From positions 57,226,001 to 57,290,000 of the forward strand of contig NC_042998.1 in NCBI RefSeq assembly GCF_006345805.1: 64,000 nt of DNA. Reading direction: 5' to 3'. Positions 1-11,420 of the stretch are shown in pieces; position 1 is the first letter of the stretch, and each line of letters begins with the position of its first letter. The notes beneath the pieces are model-generated. The model made no database searches. It was not told the DNA's origin and saw nothing but the letters and a program-made list of their open reading frames with translations. Source of the DNA: Octopus sinensis. Lineage: Eukaryota. The translations under genes and the position numbers were made by a program.

Positions 1-81
1 ACTCCTATTTTATTGCAAGACAACGCCAGACCACACACCGCAACAATGACATTGGCGAAACTACAGGAGCTGGAGTTTAGA
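1..81 (+). pseudogene. mariner transposase fragment (DDD domain), cut by window edge
   Basis: Frame 1 reads TPILLQDNARPHTATMTLAKLQELEFR, matching the mariner LLHDNARPH...KLQELG motif. Confidence 0.8.
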
Positions 82-387
82 AATAGCAGCCAAAGACAGC
101 TAATTCTGTGCTGACTACCCTATGTTATGTTCCGATGGCGCTTGGTCGGAGACGCATGAGGTAGGCTTTCTAGCATTTTCAAATTTATAATTCTCGAAAT
201 ATTTTGATAATTCTAATCCAGAAACGCGTCCATAATTAATCGAAGTCTGTTTAATTTCGTTATTTTTTTCTTCTTTTTGCCTATGTGAGTTATCTGTGGA
301 GTTATATGTGTAGTGAAAATAATTAGCTGTCTTTGGCTGCTATTTCTAAATTTTCGGTATGTGGTGAAGTAACTTGTTGCAAAACCC

Positions 388-418
<31 letters not shown>

Positions 419-884
419 ATTCAACCACGGTAGTGGTTGAATATATTTATAAGTCCACTATTTCGTCAATCGCAGCAGCTTTCAAGCTTCACCACTAATT
501 CAGTTCTCAACTGAATTCCAAACTGTTAACAGTTTTAAAGAGGATACCTCCTCAGCTACACTTTGGCAAAAATTGTTTAAGATTTGGTTCAGTAGAAAAA
601 AGTTACATGAATATCTGCGACCTCAAGGAGTGCAGTAAGGCACCTATTCACATTTAATTAACAAACATTTTAATTTCAAATTAAAAGTATACTTTTCTTT
701 AGGCTTAGATGATAGAAAAATGCATGAGGAATTAAGAATCACTGGTTACATTGAACACTATTTAGTAGTAGTTATTAGGTAAAATGCTACGAAATTTCCT
801 GTCAGTAAGTAAGAGAGTAAGGGAGGAACGATTCAGCTATAAGAATAAAGAATATATTTCTAAAATCTATGTTAACTTGCAAAG

Positions 885-1145
885 CCGGTGAGCTGGCAGA
901 AACTTTGGTGAAACTGTTAACTGTATTTTGTATGTCTTTGCATTTTTTGAGTTCAAATTTCGCCGAGGTCGACTTTGATTTTTAAACGAAACACACTTTC
1001 AAACTGCCGATACTGGTAGAACGCGTCACATAAAACAGGGTTTACTCTTAACAATTTTGAAAAATTTTTGTATTTTGGAAGCGGTATTTCGTCTGTCTTT
1101 ACGTTCTGAGTTCAAATTCCGTCGAGGTCGACTTTGCTTTTCTTC
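885..1145 (+). mobile_element. two partial copies of tRNA-derived SINE family A
   Basis: GCCGGTGAGCTGGCAGAA (A-box-like) and GAGTTCAAATT(T/C)CG..GAGGTCGACTTTG (B-box-like); same family as 4831-5062. Confidence 0.7.
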
Positions 1146-1174
1146 CATGTGCTGTAGTTAATGCACATGAATGA

Positions 1175-1912
1175 AAACATATACACTATCAGGCACCATA
1201 ATCCTCCGAAAAGTGCCGATCGAGAATTCTGCGTCAGTTTCGCCATTTTCCTTTGCTTCATCAGTTAAGCTCTTCTTTTTGGTGAAATATTGCAAGCTGC
1301 TGTTTATATTGTTATATATGCACTTTAATTTCATATCGCCAGCGGCATTTCCTCCCATAAGAAGTTTCAGACTATTTTTGGAACCTTTAAATTCTGATGT
1401 TTATTTTTCTTCTTAAGACATAAAAGTTCTAGCAGACATGCGCTTCCAGAAAACTGCAGTCTCAATCACATTGTATACTTGCTCTGATGTGTAGCTCCTT
1501 TCAGCAATCATTTTCTTCAACTGCTCAGGATAATTAGTAGCAGCTTATGTATCATTACTCGCAGTTTCACCAATCATTTTTATGTGGTGTAAATTCAGGC
1601 GCTTCTTAAAAGAAAGAAAAACTACTCATGAAAACCCCTTTGGTTTGAAAAGTTTATTAGCACATTACGTCGATTCTAATCCTCGATCCATACGCTCAAA
1701 AATCTTTCCATTTTACGCATCATATTAGATCTTTGGGAAAATAAGTTCCAGACAGTTAACGAAGTAACTTCCTGAGCACTTGACATAATTTTCTCTGTGT
1801 TGTCACGTTTTGTTCCCACTGCAGGCGTTGCAAGAGTTAATGTTTTCCCAAGTCTTTTGAAAACATCCAATTCAAGTTTAAGGGTAATACCTTCACCATT
1901 CTTTTTTCGCAC
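1175..1912 (-). pseudogene. Tigger/pogo (CENP-B/TIGD1-like) transposase remnant
   Basis: Minus strand: ITLKLELDVFKRLG...MRKMERFLSVWIED (HTH-CENPB region), then FKKRLNLHHIKMIGETAS...EQVYNVIETAVFWKRMSARTF...LLMGGNAAGDMKLK (start of DDE domain); stops and frameshifts. Confidence 0.85.
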
Positions 1913-2964
1913 TGCTGCATTCGGGTTTAATTGACAGCTTCTTTCCAGTTATCTTAAATTGAAGGCGTCTGTCTCTCTCTATTTACTCTCATATCTTTCT
2001 CCCTGGTTCACTTATTCTCCCTCTGTCGCCAAAACGCCTTCATTCTTCGAATTTTCCCATCACTTTCCTTACGGCTTCTACAAATAATTTCTTCCCTTTA
2101 TTTCAATACCCACTCATTCCCTCTCTCAACCTTCTTACTTCCATTTCTCTGTAGCGCTTCTGGTCCTGCTATTCCTTCCCTACCCTCGACATCATTCATA
2201 GCTTCTTCCGCTATCCTCAACCATCCTCCATAACTTCTGTTGTCAACACAATTAACAACAACGCCATCCTTTACAATACTACCCATCCCACATATACCCT
2301 CTCATCTCGATTCACCGCTGCTACGTCTCTTAATCTTGTCGCTCACCTCTCCCTCAACTTAGTCTTCCTCGCCTATCTCTTCTTACTGTTCCTTAGCTTC
2401 TGAACCGCATACATCCTCCTCCCATCTACTTCTGTTCACCTTTTTCACCATTTATCCCTCTCGCATTATGACCTGAAACGCTAGTTGTTAATCTTCGCAC
2501 AGAGACCGGCCTAACGGTAAAGTTCATATGCATCAACTACTGGTTGCTCATCCTTGATATTTCGTACACTCCCTCTGCCAGCATTACAACTCTCATGTAT
2601 TTCAGAACCCCAGAAACAGCTTGAAATATTATGTTCTCTTTCCTTAATTTTCTGTATTTTTGTACTCCACATAAATCTGGTCTGTAAATGTATGAATATC
2701 TATTTGCTTATACACAAATGTTCACCTGATGAATACTTTCCCTGTTTTTTTCTGTCCCTCTCTCTTTCCCTTTGTGTATATATATATATCTATATATATA
2801 TAGTGACGTATATTTGCCATTTCAATATGGCTACCCCTAAGGGTGGATGCTACTGTAGTTTTTAGCCCCAGGAGGACACACTCCTCCAGCTGGCCATAGA
2901 CACACTTTCTGTGTCCTGTCAGTATTTGCAAAGGGAAGTCATCCTTCCCGTCTTCACTATGATA

Positions 2965-3009
2965 CACACGGACTCGAGTTTCGAGGTATTGACCTCTCGT
3001 CAGCGTGTG
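2965..3009 (-). ncRNA. minimal type I hammerhead ribozyme
   Basis: Minus strand CACACG CTGACGA GAGG TCAATA CCTC GAAA CTCGAG TC CGTGTG: helix I 6 bp, helix II 4 bp, palindromic helix III ACTCGAGT, GUC site. Confidence 0.9.
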
Positions 3010-3426
3010 GCAATCATAGTTGTCGCCGAGAATTAGATTTCCTTCACAAATACTTATACTTTTTCCAGCGTCCACTGTCGCTGATATTGAAAAAGTGAAA
3101 TCAAACAATGATAAATATCAAAGTGAGTTATATACAGTAGCGGTAACACATCGTGACGTATATCTGACAGGACACAGAAAGTGTGTCTATGGCCAGCAGG
3201 AGGAGTGTGTCCTCCTGGGGCTAAAAACTACAGTAGCATCCACCCTTAGGGGTAGCCATATTGAAACGGCAAATATACGTCACGATGTGTTACCGCTACT
3301 GTATATAACTCACTTTGATATTTATCATTGTTTGATTTCACTTTTTCAATATCAGCGACAGTGGACGCTGGAAAAAGTATAAGTATTTGTGAAGGAAATC
3401 TAATTCTCGGCGACGACTATGATTGT

Positions 3427-3471
3427 CACACGCTGACGAGAGGTCAATACCTCGAAACTCGAGTCCGTGTG
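3427..3471 (+). ncRNA. minimal type I hammerhead ribozyme
   Basis: CACACG CTGACGA GAGG TCAATA CCTC GAAA CTCGAG TC/CGTGTG; predicted cleavage after C3465; helix I extended by TATGAT(3418-3423)/ATCATA(3473-3478) across a 3x1 internal loop. Confidence 0.9.
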
Positions 3472-4125
3472 TATCATAAGTTGAAGACGGGAAGGATGAC
3501 TTCCCTTTGCAAATACTGACAGGACACAGAAAGTGTGTCTATGGCCAGCTGGAGGAGTGTGTCCTCCTGGGGCTAAAAACTACAGTAGCATCCACCCTTA
3601 GGGGTAGCCATATTGAAATGGCAAATATACGTCACGATGTGTTACCGCTACTGTATATAACTCACTTTGATATTTATCATTGTTATATATATATACATAC
3701 ATACATACATATATATATAAAATGCAAAATTATATATTTATATGTTTTGTAATTTTAATTTTGTTTATGAAATGAAACAATTGTAGTTGTATATGTTAAT
3801 TAATTAACAAATAATTTTGTATCCATAAGACCTCTCTGTTTTCTAACTTAATTATACATATATAATATAATATCATGGTCCACGAAATAGATGGTAAATA
3901 TTTTCTTTTTCATTCCCTTCGAAATTTACCCCTAATAGTGGTTTGGATTTTGGCTATTCCTCCTGGCGTACCAGATATCCTATGATGGATACCTCTTATG
4001 TGTTTAAATGTACACTGTATTTTATATGAATAATATATAGTCTATTGACTAATTTTTCTACATGCTAGGCCACTGGTAGTAAAAATTTCTAAATTTTTTA
4101 TTACCCTGATATTATTCATTATATG

Positions 4126-4156
<31 letters not shown>

Positions 4157-4830
4157 ATATTACATACATGTGTGTGTACACATATAAGTGATATACATGT
4201 ATACCATTTACAATGTGTTTTAGTCTTTCATATCAACCTATACTATTCTTACTCTAATTTTTGTTTCATCGATCTCTATTTAAGAAGCAACAATGTTAAA
4301 TAAACACCAAGAAACAAACTTGGAGCTGACTCATATTCATAGCGTGTGGGTGTGTATTATACGACGAGCTTCCGAATGGTTTACGTCAACCAAACTTCAT
4401 ACCGTAAGGAGGAATCAAACCTGAAAATACATGGCTGTAAAATCAATGTCTGAGCATCACAAAGTTCCTTGTGCCTAATTTTAATGTCATTGCAATAGGG
4501 GACAATATACTTTGGAGAACGCTGTACATGCAAAACAGTATACAACAGTACCACCCGCATTTGATATATATGAGTTGATAATGTTCGGTGAACTGAGAAT
4601 ATCTTTGTAATAGAAGTATGAAAATTGAAGCAAAACAACCTGATAGTAACGTTAGACGTAGCATGCAAAACATCACATAGCTTGTTTTATTCTCCTCTTC
4701 CGTTTTACTTTGACATGCGCATTGCGTTTCTAGTCTTCTCTTCCGTTTTATGAATTCAGTGTGCACATGCGAATTGTATGTTCGTACTTCCCTTCCTGGT
4801 AACTACTCAAAACTATTTACAGATCACAAC

Positions 4831-5062
4831 TTATTTCTTTACTACCTACAATGGGCTAAACATAGAGAGGATAAACAAGGACAGACAAACGGATTAAGTC
4901 GATTATATCGACCCCAGTTCGTAACTGGTACTTATTTAATCGACCCCGAAAGGATGAAAGGCAAAGTCGACCTCGGCGGAATTTGAACTCAGAACGTAAC
5001 GGCAGACGAAATACGGCTACGCATTTCGCCCGGCGTGCTAACGTTTCTGCCAGATCACCGCC
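4831..5062 (-). mobile_element. full-length tRNA-derived SINE family A with 15-bp target-site duplication
   Basis: Minus strand GGCGGTGATCTGGCAGAAACGTTAGC...GAGTTCAAATTCCGCCGAGG; TTTACAGATCACAAC at 4816-4830 and 5063-5077. Confidence 0.85.
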
Positions 5063-6561
5063 TTTACAGATCACAACCGTCTGACCAACGTGTGCCCGTG
5101 AAAAGAACTTCGCGGTCCGATGACTGTGAAAAAATAACTCCATTATACATGGATTGAATTCTAAAAGCTGGCAAAAAAAAAAACAACACAAATAATGGTT
5201 CCACATTTTGTCATAAGGCCAGTGAGTTTTAGAAAGAGAAGGAAGTCGACTGCATCGATAACAGTGGTCAACTATTCGCCATAGTGGCATTTGAACTCAG
5301 AACGTAAAGCCGAAAGTAATGCCATTCAGCATTATATTTTGACCCGGCGTGCTAACGATTTTCCCCATCTCGCCGCGTTCAGAGAACGTCGTAAGCTGTT
5401 AGTCAAAGAAATACCATTGAGATATCGTATAAAGGCGAGAAAAAAAATCTATATATTAAGGCAGAAATGTGTTACGTGCAATGTTATCATCACTTAAAAC
5501 ATGTGTCACTATAGTCAATATTAATTTGTTAACTGTTCTCTCATACGGCCCTGGAAGGATTATGTAGGAGAAGATGAGAATTGATCTCTCAGATATATTG
5601 ACTGAGATTGATATGCATTAAAGTATATATGTTAAATATGGTAAATGGAATTTGCTTCACATAAACTAGGTAGAAGTACATCATACATACCTTCACACAC
5701 ACACACACACACATGAGGTACATACATGAGAGATGGAGAGACATGACAGATATAGATACATACACATATACATTAATGTATATATGATATGTGTGTGTGT
5801 TTGTCTGTGTTTGTCTGACGCCACTTCTTGACAATCGTCGTTGCTTAGCGTACATCTTTGTAAACTAGCGTTTCGGCAAGATGAAACCGATAATATTACC
5901 AGGATTAGATAAAATGTGGTAGGATCGATGTGTTAGAGGAAACCATACGTATTTCACTGACTGAAACAAGTAAAAAAATATGTGAAAATCTTTGAATCAA
6001 TGATCAAGGAGAGCAATAAACCGAAGAAGACAGTATACGATTTAAATACAATAGTATTGATGTAAAATTTAAGCCCAAATCAATGCTTTCATTAATTCGT
6101 CTGAAAAAGAATATATTAAATCCATAAAAACCAGCAGCTGGATTTCAGAATATGTTTTTTGAGACAGAACAGTTTTCGTTTATAATAGTCAAAATATTTT
6201 TTCGCGATATATGACGTCAAAGAATTACAAGCCGGCATTGTAATCAAACGACGTCATTCTACGTTTTGTGAAGCCAGATCTATGAGGAAATTGTATAAAA
6301 CACGTTTACCTTTAAATTTTCCATCTTGGTCTCCATATACAATGTATGAACGAAATATTGATACACAAGAGTTTATTTTTCTATTAGAATCAATGTATGA
6401 ATGGTTTCATAGCCAGAAATTGTGGATACATGATTATATGGAAGTATATGAATATACATAAGTGTATACATTTATATTAAGATCAACGTAGGGGCGAAGG
6501 ATAAGTATAAACGAAATTTTGAATATATATCTATACTAGTTTGTATAACCGTAGATATTAA

Positions 6562-6604
<43 letters not shown>

Positions 6605-6608
<4 letters not shown>

Positions 6609-7180
6609 AAAAATTATATGTCCAATTTTTCGGCATATTTGGCATTAGAAATTTTTTCGTTTGCCCTTATCTATGAATTGTTTATAAATTTAACCTTTAA
6701 AGGTATTTTTTAATATGCTGGCCATTGATAAAATTTTTTGGGGAAAAGAATTTTTTTCGAAAACAGTGTTATCCTACATTAGATATAAATTTAAGCGTTC
6801 ACTTCCGGACTCTTTCACTCTGTGAGAGCATCAGTTCAAATCGCACGTGTCTCGAATGGGCAAGAGTATTTCTATTTTGGATGTATTTGGGGTACTTAAT
6901 TGTGGTCATGACTTAGTGTTTGCTTCTTCCATGGGTATGAGTAAGTATCTCATTTATTTCTTTTGCCACATGTATCACTGACGAAGGGAGGGCTGTTATA
7001 AGCTAACCCTGAAATCGGTCTGATATGGTACTAATGGAATTTTTTAGAAATTTCTGTCCACCTTTCTTCGAGTAGCGTGCGTATTGTGAAAATATTATAT
7101 GGTTAATGGACATTATGTCCAATTTTTCGGCATATTTGGCATTAGAAATTTTTTCTTTTGCCCTTATCTATGAATTGTAT
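6605..7180 (+). mobile_element. retrozyme/PLE-pLTR-like unit (~480-497 bp, about 1.15 copies) between (TA)n tracts
   Basis: ATGTCCAATTTTTCGGCATATTTGGCATTAGAAATT at 6618 and 7115; HHR inside; microsatellites at both ends. Confidence 0.7.
6973..7025 (+). ncRNA. type I hammerhead ribozyme with extended helix II
   Basis: TATCA CTGACGA AGGG agGGCTgttataAGCTaa CCCT GAAA TCGG TC/TGATA; predicted cleavage after C7020. Confidence 0.8.
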
Positions 7181-7840
7181 ATATATATATATATATGGCA
7201 CTGTTTTTCTCACAGACAGTGCCCAACTGACCCTACTATACTGTATAGTCGACAAAATCTAAAACAGTTCGCATGCACGAAATTAAAAATATAAAATGAC
7301 GACAATTTATCCATCACACACTGTTTATGTATGTAATCAATGCATTTGAAATGCGTGTGTAGGAGAATGCTGCGAGTTTCTTATAAGGACCATTGGGCAA
7401 ATGAGTGGATGCCGAGACAAGAACTCCTGTACACTGAAAAAACAAAAGCTCATCCATTATGGTTGTATTCGAAGAAGCAGAAGTCTGGAGGATATTATCA
7501 TGGAAGAGCGAGTAGACGGTTGTAAATCAAAAAGCAGACAAATAATGTAATGGATGGACAAAATCACAAGCTGTTTAGACAGAAATGGCAAAGCAGCTGC
7601 GGGAGACTTCCGTTCTAAGGTCCTCAATACGCGGCAAGCTGACGATTCATGGCGATGACGACATAGAGATATATTTTCAAATGCATCTGTGTACAAGTGT
7701 GCGAGTGTGTATGTATGTGGATGAACGTATGAATGAATACTCTTTAAATCAGTCCTCCTCATTGTACTTCGTGTTATTTTTTAAAAAAAATACTGTCTTT
7801 TCGTATGACGTATTTCCGATGGTGATCCATTTCTAAGACA

Positions 7841-8835
7841 TACGAGGCGGTATCAAAGAATTACCGGATAAGTTATGTTTCAAAAAAAAAAAAAAAATTT
7901 ATTTACCTAAGTTATATACAATACCGCGGATGTCGAAAAGAACAATGAGCATGCAGGTTGATTGAGCTGCGGCTCTGTCGTCGCCGTCGTTGTTGTTGTT
8001 AAGCAACAAGACGGATAAGGGTGATTAGGTGATGGTCTAGGGCTTAGGGGCGGGAGACCCCAGACATTAGAAAAAAAAACTTTGGTCGTCTTGTCGTAGT
8101 CGAGGGATCTTCGTTGACGCCCGACACCTAGGAGGTGGCCCTCGAAGTCGCTAGAAATAGAGATCTCCAAGTCCAAATTCTTGAACGGCGCGGCTCTGTC
8201 GTGCCGATGATGGGTTCTTCCATTGTGACAACTGTTGCCTCGTCGCAGGACCGTACCCGTAATCCCAACTCTCGTCACCGGAGATGATCGTCGACATGAA
8301 GGATGGGTCATCAGCAGCACGCCGACGGAGATCTTTCTTGCCGACGGGGGACAAACTTCGCAGCATGTTCAAATCAGATGTTAGGATTGCTTGCATGGAC
8401 CCATACGACAGTATATTGGCGATCCTCATGCACAAGCTGATGAATTTCCTCCCCATTTCTGGGTTGATGCTCGTGGAAAGTTTTCCAGGTATGTTCTTCT
8501 GAATTTGAAGCACCCGTGCCATACGAAACATTGAGTACGACCCAATGCCTCGTGGTCGTAAGCTTATCGAAGCATGCTCAATGTGTCTGTAGCAGACCTT
8601 CCAAGTTTAACGCAAAATTTCCCGTTGGCTCTGTTTCCATGAGAAAATCGTAGACTACAGAATAACGTGATGGCAAAAACATAAATTTTACAACTTAGGA
8701 AGTAAACACAGCAGTGTGACCTGGCACATTGACTTATGAAGGACACTGCTAACTCTCACAGCGCTGGCAACCGTGTGCTGCCGTCTGTTGGCGTGCTATA
8801 AAACCAGGCCGGGAACTCTTGGATACCGTCTTGTA
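7841..8835 (-). mobile_element. internally deleted mariner element with TIRs and TA ends
   Basis: TACGAGGCGGTATCAAAGAATTACCGG versus reverse complement of the right end TACAAGACGGTATCCAAGAGTTCCCGG; minus strand KFCVKLGRSATDTLSMLR and DDPSFMSTIISGDESWDYGYGPATRQQLSQWKNP (mariner GDE(T/S)W motif). Confidence 0.9.
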
Positions 8836-8884
8836 CTTTTATGATAACATTCAAAATTGCTCAAATATGTATTTCTTCTCTATA

Positions 8885-9255
8885 GGCGTAGGAGTGGCTG
8901 TGTGGTAAGTAGCTTGCTTACGAACCACATGATTCCGGGTTCAGTCCCACTGCGTGGCACCTTGGGCAAGTGTCTTCTACTATAGCCTCGAGCTGATAAA
9001 AGCCTTGTGAGTGGATTTGATAGACAGAAACTGAAAGAAGCCCGTAGTATATATGTATATGTATGTGTGTGTATATGTTTTCCCCCAACATCGCTTGACA
9101 ACCGATGGTGGTGTGTTTACGTCCCTGCAACTTAGCGATTCGGCAAAAGAGAACGATAGAATAAATACTAGGCTTACAAACAATAAGTGCTGGGGTCGAT
9201 TAACTCGACTATAAAGGCGGTGCTCCAGCAGTCAAGTGACTGAAATAAGTAAAAG
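8885..9255 (+). mobile_element. tRNA-derived SINE family B (internal CA/TA tract)
   Basis: GGCGTAGGAGTGGCTGTGTGGTAAGTAGCTTGC...GGGTTCAGTCCCACTGCGTGGCACCTTGGGCAAGTGTC...GGCGGTGCTCCAGC...TGACTGAAATAAGTAAAAG; recurs several times in the window. Confidence 0.85.
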
Positions 9256-9271
9256 GATAATGAGTAAAGAT

Positions 9272-9317
<46 letters not shown>

Positions 9318-9380
9318 ATATATATAATATATATATATATATATTTGTGTGTGTGTTGTTATATATGTATATATATATAT

Positions 9381-10220
9381 AAGAATGAATGTTTTTATAT
9401 ATAATGAACGTGAAATACAGGAAGGGACGAACACGGAACACAGACAATCATTCGAAGCCTTCAATCTTCAGTCAGACACCGAATCATCATAGCAAATTTC
9501 GGCTGTTCAATTCTGATATTTGCTCCAACTCGGCCAGCCCCAAGAAAAAAACTAAGCTGTAAGCATTAGATTTCTTGGTAGAAGACAGGAATGTGAACGC
9601 ACAAGACGGATGTAAATACAAGAGACGAAAACGAAATTGAAAACAGTAATGAATAAACAAATATATATAACGGTGGTTGTCATACGACTTTAGACCAAAT
9701 GAGACAAAACAACAACAACATAGCAGCTGGCGTAGAAATAATTACCGTTTCGGTAGCGGGGACACATGTTGGTCAAGATACGATGGCCAACAGAATGGTT
9801 AAGAATCAGCAGGTCGCAGGAGAGAGAGAGAAAGAGAGACAGAGAGAGAGGGAATCAAAGAGGGTGGAAGGCAGGGGACAGAATCAGTGACCAAGAGAAA
9901 AGGAGAAAGAAGGGATTAAGGAGGATGGGAGGAAGAGGGGGGAAGAATCGGAGGGCGCCAAAATAGTTTGGTGAAGAAGCAATGGCGGGTAGGAAAGACA
10001 GTGTGTATAGAAGTCGTGCAGGGTTTAAAATTGGACAAACAAACGGGGGGGGGGGTGCACGTAACGCCGCAATAATATAAGAATGAATGTTTTTATATAT
10101 AATGAACGTGAAATACAGGAAGGGACGACACGGAACACAGACAAATCATTCGAAGCCTTCAATCTTCAGTCAGACAACCGAATCATAGCAAATTTCGGCT
10201 GTTCAATTCTGATATTTGCT
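9381..10220. repeat. ~840-bp element with ~145-bp terminal direct repeats (period 698), flanked by (TA)n
   Basis: AAGAATGAATGTTTTTATATATAATGAACGTG...GATATTTGCTCCA at 9381 and 10079. Confidence 0.75.
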
Positions 10221-11326
10221 CCATATATATATTATATATATATGGATATATGTGTGTATATATATGTATATATATATTATTATATATATATATATATGTA
10301 TATATGTGTGTATATATGATATATATATAATATATATATATATATTTTATATATAATATATATATATATGTATATGCGTGTGTATATAGATATAGGGAAA
10401 ATTCACAAAAAAAAGACGAAGATAGGTGGTATATAAAACAAACATATGTATTAGTATAACGCTCGAGAATTGAAACAAAGTCTTTAGCGTTTCGAATCTA
10501 CGCTCTTCCACAGAAAGGAACATAGAAAGAAATAACGAGATAAACAAGGAGAGGAAAAAAAATGTGTGTAGTGGCTAGCGAATTACCATGGCGAATGCCG
10601 GACAGAAGGGTCACACATGAGAGCTAAGAAGTAGGGGAGATAACAAAGTAGTAGTGATCCCAAAACGAAGGTGCACGTGTGTGTAAGTGGGTGTGAAAGA
10701 GGTGCTGATGATTTTGATGTGTGCATGTGTGTATGTGTAGGTGTGAAAATGTGGGGATGGCAAGTGGTCAGTGCTGGTGTGCGCGTGGTGGTGTGTTGTG
10801 ATGTGATGTGCGTGTGGTATGGTGTAGTGTGATGTGGTGTGATGGTGTTGGGAGGTGGGGCAGGCGCGAGTGGGGAAAGCGCGGGTGGGGTGTGGGTAAG
10901 GCTGAGGGTTGGGGTACAGTTGGGGTATGTGGGTATGCATATATATATGTATGTATATACGATGAAGAAATAAGTGAAATAACCACTTTATACAGCTCAA
11001 GCAATTAGCGCTCTGATAGAGCTTCAGGATTAGGAAATTAAGGAGAGGAGAAAATAAATTCAAAGCCGAAGTATATATTCATTCAATTCATATTAACGTA
11101 ATTCTCCATGGTATACAATTACATTCATAGATGCATTCATCTATATGATATATAAAAAAATTCTAAGAATCTATAAATACATATACACGAAAATGTATAA
11201 ATATATAAAAATTCATACACATATAAAATATATAAGAAATGAAAGTCTATAAAGATACTTGCGAAGTCGGAATGGAGAGTATGATAACGGGGATGTAAAA
11301 TGATTCATAAGGAGTCTGGAACAAGT

Positions 11327-11420
11327 ATAAAGTCTTACAGTCGTTTCGAAAAGATATAGGTTGATGTGGGCGAGCTAGCTCCAACCATAGCAATACTCTA
11401 TATTTCTCTCATCAGATTTA
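11327..11420 (-). ncRNA. hammerhead motif, long helix II, damaged helix I
   Basis: Minus strand CTGATGA GAGAAATATAG...CTATATCTTTTC GAAA CGACTG TA AGACTTTA; the 5' strand of helix I (TTAAAT) pairs poorly. Confidence 0.5.

Larger units (their letters stand above)
2803..3684. mobile_element. retrozyme-like non-autonomous element, 352-bp unit, head-to-head (2803-3163 minus; 3164-3684 plus), flanked by (TA)n
   Basis: Plus arm repeats with period 352 (CTGACAGGACAC at 3164 and 3516). The minus arm is a circularly permuted ~361-bp copy. Each arm has an HHR; no coding similarity. Confidence 0.85.

Noticed and set aside
2722-3752. Repeated ORFs (MFDFTFSISATVD..., ...LTGHRKCVYGQLEEC...)
   Set aside because: Translations of the non-coding 352-bp HHR unit; similarly 59411-60885 reflect the 540-bp unit.
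8885-8960. tRNA-like heads with A/B boxes
   Set aside because: They are SINE heads continuing into SINE bodies, without a full cloverleaf; not called as tRNA genes.
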